Assembly (NCBI GenBank): GCA_964016885.1
Contig: OZ024745.1
Span: forward strand, 46,624,001-46,688,000
Reading direction: 5' to 3'
Source: Eledone cirrhosa
Taxonomy: Eukaryota
Length of the DNA stretch: 64,000 nucleotides
The translations under genes and the position numbers were made by a program. This document shows positions 10,933 to 24,396 of this stretch, in pieces (position 1 is the first letter of the stretch; every line of letters begins with the position of its first letter). The notes beneath the pieces are model-generated. The model had not been told where the DNA came from and did no database searches. It worked only from the letters and a program-made list of their open reading frames with translations.

Positions 10933-13900
10933 CAAAGGATTGAGAAGACTCTTCAGTCATGTCAAAGACATGAGCACCTCCTTAGTGCTGGTGTCATAAT
11001 AAAATGCATCCAGCACCTTCTATAGAGAGTGAGACCATATATAAATGAGATGCAGACCCCAGCCTCTATGAGAGGTTACTGGCTCTGATTAAGTACTGAC
11101 TTTATCTGTGATGATCAATCCAACCTTTGCTAGAAGAGACAATAGATGTTAAATGATGATGATAATGTGTGTGTGTGTGTGTGTGCATGCATGTATGCCA
11201 GCAGGGAAATCAGACATAAAATGGTGATGATGATAAAAAGCATTACCTGTAGGTTTATTCTAATTTATTTAGTTGATGATTACTTAAAATGATATTCAAT
11301 AAAATTCTTAGCTTTAAAAAAATAAAAAAGATTTAAGGCAGCAAATAGCCTTATTTAGAAAAATAATATTGTGTAGTCATTAAATGTTGTATAATCTGCT
11401 ACTTTTAACCTAATCCAGCAAGACTGTTATAAAACATGTTTTCTTTAGAATATAAAGGATAAAATAAGATCAGTTAGTTTTTTGCAAATATACATTTGTT
11501 AGTACACTACATGCTACACATACAATCAAGATAGTTTTGTTCTATCCAGCAAAGACTTCTGTTTCATGTAAATAATTTAGTATAGATTTCCTGAGAGAGA
11601 ACATTTAACATAAGTAGACTATGAGTAATACGTTAGCAAACTATTACTCAGATCTTAATCTTGAAAAAGCTAAATCACTTGTACAACAGGTCCCTTGCGA
11701 TATTTCAGTCTTGCTTGAGCCTCCAACTTTTGTTACAATCTCTGACAATACCATAAACCATTTAATATTTTCATTGCCATATTTTTAATGGAAATCACTA
11801 CCTCTAATTTTCTTATTAAGCTGTTGTTTGAAATATAACTTAACAAAGGCTCTTACATAAAATTATTATGCTCTCCTTGCACAGTGAAAATCATATCTCT
11901 AATGAAACTCCAATCTGAATTCATGCACTTCTCAGAATTCAAAATATACTTCAGAAATAAATATTTAATAGATATAAGTCTATCCAAACTTAGCTCTTTT
12001 GTTACTATATTTCTAATGAAAATCACTGCCTATAATTTTGAAATCATTTTGAAAATAATCACAAATTTGGAAGGATTTTAAAATATAACTGACCTCTTCA
12101 TTTATAAGCAGGCATTTGGAATATAACTTAAAGGTTCTTAAATAAAATTATGATGAAAGTTTTTTAGTTAAATATAAACACTTTAAATAAAATAAACATT
12201 TTTGTATCATAAAACTGGAAATAATTCCAAGCAGAGGTTAACCAACTCTTAAAAAACAACATCCATAGTCACTCACAAAGACCTAGATACATCAGATACA
12301 ACAAACAATAGCACTATATTAAAGCTACTGTCATTCTGTCCAGTCGAATGAATGCAAAACAAACTGAATAGCTGAATAACACAGATGAATCTAAAGTGAG
12401 ACTAAACATACTAAACAACACTTGGTTATTATAAATCAAGTGTTTAGTCTGTTTGCTCCAGTCAATCATAACTACTTCACAGATAAAAGGTTAATGTTAG
12501 GAAGAGCATAAAATTGTAACTATAGACATTTTCAGAATGCTATAAGTCAATTGAGCATGGAAAAACTGCAATGAAAAGAATCTGTATATAGTGGAGAGGG
12601 GAGATAGAAAGTGCAGGGGGAAGATTTGTAGTGGATTTGAGAGCTTTAAAGAGAGTATTTAAAGGAAAAAGAGAAAGGATAGAGAAGCAGGTGGAATATA
12701 TAGAAAAGATAGAAAATGGACAAAAGGAAAAAAAAAGAGAAAAATGTTTGAACAAAGTTTTTAAAAAAATGATTTTCATCATCACCATCATCAATACAAC
12801 ATGGTAACAAGCATTTAAAAATCATTTTCCCAGCTAAACCAGGATTATCTTTACAAGCCCCATTACAAGCTTCATATAATCATATAGTCTTTTTTGAGAC
12901 AATGTTTTACAGCTGGATGACTTTTCTGGCACCAACCTTTTTAGTCACCTTTTATAACTTACACAGATATGGTGTACTTATTCTAAACCAGATGATATAA
13001 ACAGTATCATCACCAATGAAGTTGTTAAATTGATTCCAGTTTATCTTTGATAAATTCTAATTCAAGCTACAGTTTTAATCAAAATATTTGTATGCATGGA
13101 CTTGTCACCCCTGATGGAGTGATAGGGGTGTCATATTAAGATATGGGATTTCTTAGGTATTTTAAAACCTGACAGAGCCCATCTACTCTCCAGGTTTGAA
13201 CACAGCAGATTTCTTCAAGAAGAGGATACAGAGTGTGCGAAAGGAAGTGAGAAAGAGCTACAGAGGAAGGATTGACTCCAGTACTAGGCTGGTACTTTTT
13301 TTTTAACCTTGAAAAGATGAATGGCAAAGTTGACCCCAGCAGGATTTGAACTAAGAAAGCAGAAAGCTGGAACAAAACATTCTATCCAATGTTCTAATGA
13401 TTCTACCAATTCTCTGCCTTAATATTCAAAATCTATATACACAGTTGCTATCTAGAAAGGTTTGCTTCAGTTTCTTCCTCTATGCCATAGATAAATTGAT
13501 AGCATACACAAAAAATTACATGTTTAGATAGTTGTTTGGCAAATAAAATAGCCCCAAAACAATACAAGTGTCAGGCCAATATCTGGAGTCATGCTAGAGT
13601 TACATATATAAAACAAGAACAATGAGTAATCAGCTATAATCTAAAATTACAACTGACTTTTACTATATTCCTACACAGCAACTGATAAACTCTATCATGA
13701 ACTAACAATAGCATACTCTTCACTAAGAAACAAATCATTTACTATAGATGTAAACCAAAGTACTTACATAAAATTTGATATATCTATCAAAGGCAGACAT
13801 GGATATCATCATCATCATCATCATTGTTTATAAGGTTATGAACTTACATTTATTCCATTATTTCTACGTCTGTTTCAATACAGTTATAATGGTACATGTA

Positions 13901-14599
13901 TTTACAGAACAACTGGGAATTATTAGATAACAATAAACTACACTATACATATTACCTACAACTCACATATCCTCAGGAAATTATAAAGAACAAAGATAAG
14001 GTTTACCAACCTCACAAGGTTTCAAGAACAAAAAAACAAAAAAACAAACAATATCAAAAAGAGTTAGTGTAGAGAAAGCAGTTAGATTCAAAAGGCATAT
14101 TATTAGATGGAAGTTTTAAAGAAGCCATGCAAGGCTTAGGTTGAGTTGTTTCCAAAACAAACATCATAAAAACACAACCTAATTTAAGATATACCAGTTA
14201 TGCATCATTTCTCTGAATAAAGACCTCAGAAACAACTTACAATAGGGCCATTACACCATAATCTCATTTTCTGTCACCGAGACACAGTCATTACACATGT
14301 GAATGGAATGAAACCTGTCACACTATATCTTCTCTACTCAGGAACAAGATATTACTGAAACATTCACAATGTTACAATATCTGATGACCTTTCAATGTCA
14401 CCACACATCTATAAAGCAGCAAAATTTGCATCTCAAAGGCTATGCATCCTTTTCAGTGTCAGAAAATACTCTAAATAGTTGCCTATCCTTTCCAAAATAC
14501 AAATACAACATATAAGAGTATTCCTTGTATATCACAGATAGAACATTCGACACATACAAACAAAAAGGCTTTAGAATATATTTAAAGCAATATCATGAC

Positions 14600-14688
14600 A
14601 TCATATACATACATACTTACTTACATACATACATATATATATAAATATATACACACACACATATATATATATATTTATACACATATAT

Positions 14689-14724
<36 letters not shown>

Positions 14725-14750
14725 GTGTGTGTATATATATTTATATATAT
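14600..14750. repeat. Compound (TA/CA)n microsatellite; similar tracts at about 696-745 (GAT/GGT), 1312-1375, 10899-10928, 22470-22550, 24334-24392, 29288-29347, 30976-31026, 38284-38380, 38791-38838, 44024-44050, 45784-45812
   Basis: Seen directly in the sequence. Confidence 0.95.
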
Positions 14751-14871
14751 TGGAAAATGTGTGAGATCCTTGGTACAGTTAGGTATATTTGAAAAACGGA
14801 AAAGAATGAATTTACTTGTCGAGGATAGTCTAAAACAATTTAATTTTATAATTTAACAATTTTATAATTTA

Positions 14872-15249
14872 ACAATTTTGCTAGTTCTAATAAGTCCTTT
14901 GTTAACTTCAGTGGAAAGTTTTAAAAATAATCCTGGTTAACTTTCTGAAGAACTTCCTCGCATTCGTCAGTGGCAATTGTCAAACTGATCTAAAGTTGTA
15001 ATGCATTGGTGTATATATAAAGAATTTGGGTGTGTATCTGGGGAAGTGTTAATGTACTTTACACCTCATTAACACTTCCCCAGACACACACCCAAATTCT
15101 TTATATATACACCAACACATTACAACTTTAGATCAGTTTGACAAATGCCACTGATGAATGCGAGGAAGTTCTTCAGAAAGTTAACCAGGATTATTTTTAA
15201 AACTTTCCACTGAAGTTAACAAAGGACTTATTAGAACTAGCAAAATTGT
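14872..15249. repeat. Long inverted repeat (183-bp arms, 12-nt spacer) between (TA)n tracts
   Basis: 14872-15054 is the reverse complement of 15067-15249 with about 5 mismatches; looser pairing extends to roughly 14785 and 15310. Confidence 0.95.
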
Positions 15250-16704
15250 AAAATTATAAAATTGTAAAATCATAAGTGAAGAAATTCTTTTCCTTTTTTC
15301 AAATATACATACTAATCCATCATATATATATATATATATGTCCCCCACCACACTCTCAAGTGTAAACCTAATACCAACACTGTTCGTGCTGCACTCTTTG
15401 TTATTGTTTTTGTTTTTTTGTTTTTTACTTATATATATATATGATGGATTAGGCCCACATGCCAAGAACAGGGTCAATCAGACAGGTTTTCACACAGTTT
15501 CTGTCAACCCAATTTTCCTTACAAGGATTAGATTGACCCAAAGATATGGTAGAAGACACAGAGGTGTAATGCAGTGAGTGACACCCAAAGCTATATGTGC
15601 TCCAGTAGTTAACAAAAGAATTAATTAATGACAATAGTTGGGACAACGCAAACCTGAAAACCAGTTCAGTCAATGTCAGCATGCAAAATATGTAAATGAA
15701 ACCATTGTTATTTTTATTTATAGGTTTAAACTCATTTATTCATAATAGTATGACTTCATTGTATCTGCAGAATAAATTTGATCTATCTGTCTCAATTGTT
15801 TGTCGTTTACCTTATGAGTAGGAACCTTTAAAAAGCTTTTCTATGGAGATAATGCTATTTTAGCTGTTATAAAGTTTACCCAAACATTATATCTCATTCA
15901 AACAAACTGAACTGTGTTACAGCCACTTACAATCACTTCTTACTTTCGATGAATCATCTTTCTCTAGTTTTATAAATGATGGCAATTTATCTTTACCAAT
16001 ATCTCCCTCCCTCTCTCTCTGTTATTGAGATTAACAGTAAAAATATGTTGCACTAGCCTGGAAGAAAATGTTTCAATTGGTAACTCACCAACAATGTATT
16101 AAATCCTCTTTGCCTCTTCTAATGCTACTATAATTTTTTTTTTTTTTAAACTTTCTAACAATATGTTATCTTACCTAAATCTACTGGATAAATTCACCTC
16201 CATTTCTATCATCATCTCTATTGTGTCTTACATTCTAGACCAATTTGGAGAGTGTGAATTTCTCAAATCTTTCACCCCAGAACAATATCACTCTAGAACT
16301 TAGTCCAATCTTGTTAGCAGGGAAAATGGAAGATGATAATGATCCTTCTTTCTGTACATATCATCCCACTCTAACAAAGGTGCTTAGTCTTGTGGTTAGG
16401 GTGTTGGGCTCATGATCCTAAGATTGTAAGTTCAAATTCCAAATTGGGTGATGTGTTGTGTTCTTGAACAAGGCACTTCATTTCACATTGCTCCAGATCA
16501 TAAGTCCAACTGAAAATAACTTCCAGCAGTCCTGCAATAGATAGGCATCCTGTCAAGATGGGAGTTTTGTACTATCAGTCACTTAAGGCACATGAAATAG
16601 GAATAATCTCTTGGCTCTGTCTAATGCATGAAAGTATGGAAAAATGGATGCAAAACAAAAACATAACTAATTCCCACACAAATGAGGAGAAAAAAAGTTA
16701 CTTG

Positions 16705-16860
16705 AGGCATGGTTGTGTGGTTAAAGAGTTTGCTTTGCAACCATATACTTTTAGGTTCAGTCTCACTGCATGGCACCTTGGACAAGTATCTTCTTGCCTT
16801 GGGTTGACCAATGTTTTATGAGTAGAATTTAGTAGATGGAAACTGCAGAAGCCTACCATG
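16705..16860 (+). mobile_element. Third SINE family; other copies at about 1-120, 7520-7670, 41410-41520, 43410-43500, 45950-46100(-), 49120-49250(-)
   Basis: GCATGGTTGTGTGGTTAAAGAG...GGTTCAGTCTCACTGCATGGCACCTTGGACAAGT...GTAGATGGAAACTG repeated many times. Confidence 0.6.
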
Positions 16861-18901
16861 TATATATATATATATATCACCATTATCATTGTTTAATGTC
16901 TCTGCTAGTAAGCGTTGGATGGGTTGTCAGCAGGCTGGGTTGGTACTCAAAGCCGAGATACTAACCCTATGGTTGGCTGGGAGCCTGCATCTTATTTATG
17001 TTTCTGGAACTTACTAAGTGCTCAGAGGGACCACTGGCCTCTTACTTGCTTATATACCATCCTGCGCACTACCAAGTGCATTTTATCATGATACCAGCAC
17101 TAGAGAAGTTATCATGTCTTTGACACAGCTGAAAAGTCCTCCTAACCCTTTGGCAGATTTTCTATGGCTAGATGCCCTTCTTACTACAAGCCTCTTTACA
17201 GAGTGTACTGGGTCTGTTTATCATGTAATGTGTGTGTCCTCTAATTTAATGTTTTGACAAAAAAGAAATTGATAAAATAAATGCCAGATTTGAAAAAAAA
17301 AAAAGCACTGGGTTGACATGATTGATTAAATTAAGGTGGTGCCCCAGCATGACTGAAACAGGCAAAAGAGATAAAAAGTTAATAATGTTTAATTATTATG
17401 AAATATTATACATTATATATTAGACAGACAGCGTGAACAGTTTATCTATAACTGTCACTTAGATGGTGCATTGTTTCTATTTGAAAACAAACTATAGTCT
17501 TCTAATAACATTTTTAAACAGAACTCCTACACACATTCTTCACTGTTCTTTCACTTATATGAATGAACAAAAAAAATAAAATAAATAAAATTAAATAAAC
17601 ATTATATGACATAACATAACAAAATAAAACTAGTTTAAAAAAAAGAAGCTGGTTTTGCCTTCAGTATAATCAGACAGAAATGTACATTTCATTTCTCTTT
17701 TTTTTTCATTTTTTTTTCTGAATATTTACAGCAAATGTTTAGACAAGCTACTCTGCAGTTTATAAAAGACACACTTTTTATTTGTGGACATGTTTAAAAT
17801 CTGAAGCCGATAATAATATAAAAGTTATTAAGAAGCATGGGCTGAAGGCATGATGGGAGAGTTCCTGAGAGATGTTTGGAATGTAAGGGTTCGGCAGAAA
17901 CCAGGTTGATTGATACCGATGAGTCAATAACTGAATTAAAAGTTAATCTACGTGGATGATTAATCATACTGATAGAATTTACCCCAGGCTTTCCCAAGAT
18001 GAGAAACTCATTATGAACTACTGCCTGTATGTATAATCATAGTTCCATAGTTGTACAAGAATACCAGCAAAAGTAAATCACCCAAAGCAGTGAAAATATA
18101 TAGCATGAAATACTAACTAGACCAACCAGTAGTAAAAAACAGGGAAATGACTAAAATTTGAATGTCACTGCATATTGCTTGTGTGGGATGGTTGCCAACA
18201 GGAAGTTAGCAGAAATATAAATAGCATAAAGTATTATGGTGATTTAAATATTTATCAGAGTGGAGGGAATGTATGAATTAAAGAAGGAGGACTATATTGT
18301 TGCTGGTTCCGTTAACTTTTGTCATAATCGCTACTGTTATTGTTTAGTCTCAGATCAGCCTTGATAGAGCAAATCTCTATGATCAAAGACATTCCAGTTG
18401 TGACTATCCTGTCATTTAATTTTCAGGTATAATATCTCTGGAAATGTGAAGGCATGCAGTTTAACAGATAGGGTGTTTGGCTCATGATCGTAAGTAAGGT
18501 CATGAGTTCAATTCTTAGACAAGGCAGTGTGTTGCGTCCTTGAGCATGGTGTGTCTATTTCTCATTGCTCCTGTTCACTTAGCTGGAAAAAGTGTTTTTT
18601 ATCTGTAATTCAAAAGGTCAGTCTTGTCACGTGTCATGCTGAATCTCCCTGAGAACTACATTAAGGGTACATGTGTCTGTAGAATGCTCAGCCACTTGCA
18701 TGTTAGTTTCAGGAGCAGACTGTTCTATTGTTGGAATAACTGGAACACTTGTCATTGGAACCAACAGAGGTCCAACACTTATCTGGTAGTACATTATCCA
18801 ATACAAATCTCCTTTCTAAAAGAGTAAGGTGTGATTTCCAGGAAAGCTGGCTGTTATTTCTAGCAATTTCAGCAATTATGTATACACATACTCATTGGGT
18901 T

Positions 18902-19095
18902 GGCGGTGGATTGGCAGTATCGGTAGAGAGTCGGACGCCATGCTTTCCAGCATAGTTACATCCCTTTTACGGTCTGAGTTCAAATCCCGCCGAGGTTCAC
19001 TTTGCCTTTTATCCTTACGGGGGTCGATAAAATAAAGTACCAGTAATGTACTGGGTAATTGCTGGCCTTGTGCCAAAAAAAAGTAGAAACAATTA
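18902..19095 (+). mobile_element. Young SINE, full length
   Basis: Near-identical to 1524-1710. Confidence 0.85.
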
Positions 19096-19758
19096 TTGCT
19101 GTTGTTGAAGTTGGAAGATGTAGTCTGATTATAATTGAATTGCTGGCTAAGATACTAATAGTGATAGAATTTGATTGTCAAATAGAGCATGCCACTGCAT
19201 ATTTCTTTTATGGTCAAAAGGGTTAAGTGACCATGATGCACCATGCTCTGAGTGGTGCATCTTGGTCTCAGATTAGGTTTGAAGTGACTCTGATGGCAGC
19301 TTCATCATCTTTGTAATTGGAAGCTATAGCAACTGCTTTCCATTACATTGACAGTTCAATAGAATTAGGAGTGTTATCAAAAGCACCCAGGCACAAGAAT
19401 CTCTAGCAATGGTAGAAATAACCAAAGCTTGCATGTTCTATAAAACATTTTCTTTGTGAATTGCAGCATATCAATGATTTATCAAGGATTCCTATAATTT
19501 GCAAGACTGGCAATTTTGTAATGAATGATTCAAATTTCTCATCCACACAGATTCTAGACAATATATTAAGAATTGAGATGGTGTTGGAGCCACGAAAAAA
19601 TGCATCCAGTACACCTTGTAAAATGGTTAGTGTTAGAAGAGGCACCCAGCCATAGGAACCATGCTAAATGTGGAACATGTGAGCAAGATGTAGTTATCTG
19701 ACTGGTGTAGCCTCAGAAACTAACACCTCATTCAACTTATGGATATAAAAATAATAAT

Positions 19759-19942
19759 TATTTCTACTTTAGGCACAAGGCCAGCAATTTACCAGTGCAT
19801 TACTGGTACTTTATTTTATCGACCCCGTAAGGATGAAAGGCAAAGTCAACCTCGGCAGGATTTGAAATCAGATCGTAAAGGGACGTAACTATGCTGGAAA
19901 GCATGGCTTCCGACCCTCCACCGATACTGCCAAACCACCACC
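19759..19942 (-). mobile_element. Young SINE, full length, 15-bp TSD
   Basis: TSD TATAAAAATAATAAT at 19744-19758 and 19945-19959. Confidence 0.85.
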
Positions 19943-20162
19943 ATTATAAAAATAATAATGATGGCTGTTCTCAGGGAGATGGTGAGTAAGTAGGAAATCC
20001 ATGAGATCCTTTAAGCTTCCCACGACTACCAAGTGGCTGCTATTTTGACTAAGAGTGTTGTATCCTCTCTCAAGATATTCAAGTATATAGTGGGAGAGAG
20101 GAACATTTTTTAATTCAATTACTAAGACAGTGCTAACCCTCAAAAAGGGGAGGCTATATATA

Positions 20163-22165
20163 TTGTTTAATGAGGAGAATGCATGAGAAGAAGAGACCCT
20201 ACCCCAAGTAGACCCTATAGAGGGACCAGCAGTACAAGTCAGCAGCAGCGTAGTAAGGCAATCAAAGATATGAAGATGGGGAAGGCAACCGGTCCATCGG
20301 GTATAGCTGCCGAGATGCTGAAGGCATCTGGATCTGTAGGTCACACTATAACCAGGTAATACTAGAAGGTGCCATACCAAAAGATTGGTGCAGTAGCATC
20401 ATTGTCAACTGCTACAAAGGTAAAGGCGATGTACTAGATAGAGGAAACTATAGAGGCATAAAGTTGATGGACCAGGTCATGAAAGTAACAGAAAGAGTTA
20501 TAGCACAGTTGATTAGGGACCGGGTGAAAATAGACGAGATGCAATTTGGGTTTGTACCAGGAAGAGGCACCACTGATGCCCTCTTCCTTGTGAGGCAATT
20601 ACAGGAAAAGTACCTAGCTAAAAGTAAGCCACTCTACTTGGCATTTGTCGACCTTGAGAAAGCCTTTGACAGAGTTCCACGTGCTGTAATCTGGTGGGCT
20701 CTTAGAAAACTAGGAGTAGATGAATGGCTTGTGAAAGCGGTACAAGCCATGTATAGGGGAGCAGTCAGCAAAGTTAGGATTAGCAATGAGTATAGCGAGG
20801 AATTTAGCGTACAGGTTGGGGTTCACCAGGGCTCTGTTCTTAGCCCCCTCCTGTTCATCATAGTCCTGCAGGCAATAACGGAGGAGTTTAAGACCGGATG
20901 CCCATGGGAACTCCTGTATGCTGATGACCTCGCACTCATAGCTGAATCTATGGTAGAACTAGAGAAGAAATTCCAAACTTGGAAGCAGAGACTAGAAAGA
21001 AAGGGTCTCAAAGTCAACATGACAAAGACTAAGGTCCTTGTAAGAAGATGAGAAAACAGAACCCAGATCCCCTCAGGGAAATGGCCTTGCTCAGTATGTA
21101 GGAAAGGTGTAGGTAGGAACTCCATTCTCTGCCCCAAATGCAAACAATGGGTACACAAGAGATGTAGCGGGATCTCAGGAAGCTTAATTAAGAATGTAGG
21201 CTTCACATGCAGCAGCTGTGCTGAGACAGCAAGCAGCAAACAGCCACAGGAAACAAGTACCACCAATCTCTGGGAGGGCTCTGTAGAAACAGTAGACAGC
21301 TTCTGCTACCTAGGTGACCGAATTAGCAGCGGAGGTGGGTGTTCAGAAAGTACAATAACTGGGGTAAGAACGGGATAGAAGAAGTTTAGGGAACTACTAC
21401 CACTGCTAGCTGCAAAAGGCTTCTCCCTCAGAATGAAAGGCAGACTGTATGATGCGTGTATCCGAACAGCAATGTTGCATGGTAGTGAGACCTGGGCGCT
21501 GAAGGTGGAAGACTTACGTAGATTAGAGAGAAACGAAGCCTGCATGCTCCAGTGGATGTGTAACAGTAATATACGTGAACGACAAAGCATAAATGAATTG
21601 AGAGAGAGACTGAGCATAAGAGGAATCAAATGCTGTGTGCAGGAGAGGCGGTTGCGCTGGTATGGACATGTGATGCGTATGAAAGATGACAGCTGCATAA
21701 AAAGGTGCAGAGCACTAGAAGTTGATGGAAACCGCGGAGTGGGGAGACCCAAGATGACCTGGGATGAGGTGATAAAAGCCGACCTTACCCGATTACACCT
21801 CTCAAAGGCAATGACACACGACCGTGACTTCTGGCGTCACGCAGTAATACAGAGTACCCGACCTCCCATGGGTACAAGCTGAAGCATATAGACAATATGC
21901 CCCCACACCTCCCACCGCAAAGTGGTCGTGGAGGTGCCACGGCAAAAAAGCACCCAGCCCACACTGTAAAGTGGACGTGTAGGCGCCACGAAAAAGCACC
22001 CAGCACTCACTGTAAATGAGGTTGGTGTTAGGAAGGGCATCCAGCTGTAGAAATCAAGCCAAATAAGTTCCTGTATGAGCAAGGCATGGTCAGCCGACCA
22101 GACACTGCCCACAACAGGACAACTCGTCTAACCCATGCTAGCGTGGAAGAACAGACGTAAAACGG

Positions 22166-22196
<31 letters not shown>
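20163..22196 (+). mobile_element. 5'-truncated RTE-clade LINE (RT pseudogene with PHD-like insert, 3' UTR, (GAT)n tail)
   Basis: RT motifs NYRGIKL, QFGFVPGRGTTDA, FVDLEKAFDRV, GVHQGSVLSPLLF, LLYADDL; C-terminal RRLRWYGHVMRM...RGVGRPKMTW. In-frame stops at 21049 and about 21377 plus frameshifts. (GAT)n at 22167-22196. Confidence 0.95.
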
Positions 22197-22506
22197 ATAT
22201 AGATGTTTTCTTTATTTTCTATGTAGAGTTCATACCAGGCACCTTGCCATGATTTGGTGCTCTTGCTTTAAGATTCAGGATAGGCATTCCAATTTGCAAT
22301 AGTTCAAAGCTGCAGTTTCAAAATAAGTATATCACTATAAATGTTTCTAAATCTGCAGGCGAACCATTGCAGCTCATCAGGCCAGTGCTTATCCCAGTCA
22401 AATACTTGTTTTAACTAGAATTTGAATGAAAAAAAAAAAGATAATGGCAAGTCATACTTGATTGTTCACCATAGTGGTAGTGGTGATGATGATGATGATG
22501 ATGATG

Positions 22507-22537
<31 letters not shown>

Positions 22538-24325
22538 TATATATATATTTTCAGATAGATATAGGCATATAGACATACTCCTGCACACACCCATGAAAAT
22601 ACACACATATATCCAATTTTCATGATGAATTACATCAGGTGTAAGGCAAAAAACATTTAAGTGCTATACTGTAATATTTCTGAACCTTATTTCCTTCATA
22701 TCTTTTCTGTCCCTATTTAATATAGTTTGCTCTTCTTGTTTATGTTACAGTTAACAATGTTTTAACAGTTGCATTTATTTTTTAAAGCCATGCAAATCTT
22801 GATGAAAGTTTTCAGATTCTATCTATCTCTATAAGCATGTTAAATAAATAAATGGAAAATAAAAACAAAATAGTGCTAGAAAATGTTAACTGCTGAGAAC
22901 CAGTGACACCCCAATTGAATAAGCATCAGAAACTTCATGGTTAATATATATAAGACTTATGGAGACATAACTACAGTTTAACTATCTCATTACTATATTT
23001 CTCATGAAATACACTGCCAATGTGTTTCAACTAATTTTGAAAATAATTTAGGAATTTAATAACTAACATTTTTATTATTAAGCTAAAGTTTGAAACATAA
23101 CGGAAAAGAAAAAAAAAATTTACATAAAATTATAATAGAAGTTTTAATATAAGTATGAACATTTTAAAACAGGCAGCTTTGCATCATAGAATCATGGGTG
23201 ATTTCAGGCAGTTTAGTAATGAAAGAGTTAATGTCCCAACATTGACTTTGTTTCCTGATAACTTTCTTAAACCTTTTTGATATTAACCCACTCAAAACTG
23301 ACTCTGTTTCTATAAAATAAAACCACCAATATTAAAAGGTTCCTACTTAAATTAAAACCTTCCAAAATAATTTTGTATAAGAATATTTTGTTATATTACA
23401 AATAACATCTTAACAAAATCATAATTTTAGTAAATCCTTCCAAAATTCTTCATTAAATAATTATAATACAAAGTGTTACATTAGAAATATACTATTAAAA
23501 GGGATAATATTTCATATTTCTTCATAAAATATATTTTCAAAGGTGTAGATTAAGATCAATTTCTTTTAAATTTAATATGCTTTTTTTTTCTTTTACAATT
23601 CAGAATTGTAGAAATGACACTATAAAATATATGATCCAGTATAAAATATATGACATTGTTCTTACAGATATTCATTATCAACATAAAATTAGAAGGCATA
23701 ACGAAAAAAAATTTAAGTTTATGTTTAGACTATTGAAAATACAAATCAAAAGTATTCAATAAATCAAAGCAACAACAAATAGAGTATACAATGATGAAAG
23801 TATCTAAATAATAAGTTAATTATTATCATCAATCAAATTATTTCATTAAATCGATCCGATGCATTAATAAAGTACCAGTAACACACTGGGTCGATTTAAT
23901 TGACTTTACCCTCCCCCAAAATAGTTGGCTTTGTGCCTAAATCAGAAACCATAATTAAGATGGATCAGAGAAAATAGGTTACTGAGGAAAGTTTCAGCTA
24001 AACAGAGGATGGTCTGATGGTCTGGTGGTGGAACAACAGATAGAGCTGTTAAAGAAAAGAGGCAGGTATGGAGAAAGGGGGTCAGTAAAGGTCAATATCT
24101 GGCAGCTAAAAAGGAAGGTAGACTACAGGTATACATTGCATGCAGAACATCTAGTATGAAAAAGTGGCTCAACAATATTGGCCTACTAATTTCTTTATCG
24201 GGCCCCAAAAGGATGAAAGGCAAAGTGGGCCTTGGCAGGATTTGAAAACTCAGAATGCAGAAATTGGGAACAAACATCCAATTCTCTAATCGCACTGCTA
24301 AATTAATTGCCTTAATGTGTATGTC

Positions 24326-24396
<71 letters not shown>

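Noticed and set aside
11240-11300. Extra FAM81 exon ending at the minus-strand donor-like CAG|gtaatg
   Set aside because: No convincing acceptor or coding frame, and coding exons 1 and 2 already join with continuous family similarity.
15140-15225. Functional hammerhead ribozyme in the palindrome arm (CTGATGA...GAAA)
   Set aside because: I could not form stem I or a canonical stem II around a valid NUH site by hand; kept only as a hint of origin.
19229-19267. Small hairpins (15-bp stem here, 13-bp stem near 40319-40349)
   Set aside because: Short and next to or within dispersed repeats; nothing further supports a function.
20464-21882. Active or intact reverse transcriptase gene
   Set aside because: 5'-truncated with no endonuclease domain, in-frame stops and frameshifts.
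19889-22112. Several minus-strand ORFs of 65-163 aa
   Set aside because: Antisense shadows of the RTE LINE.
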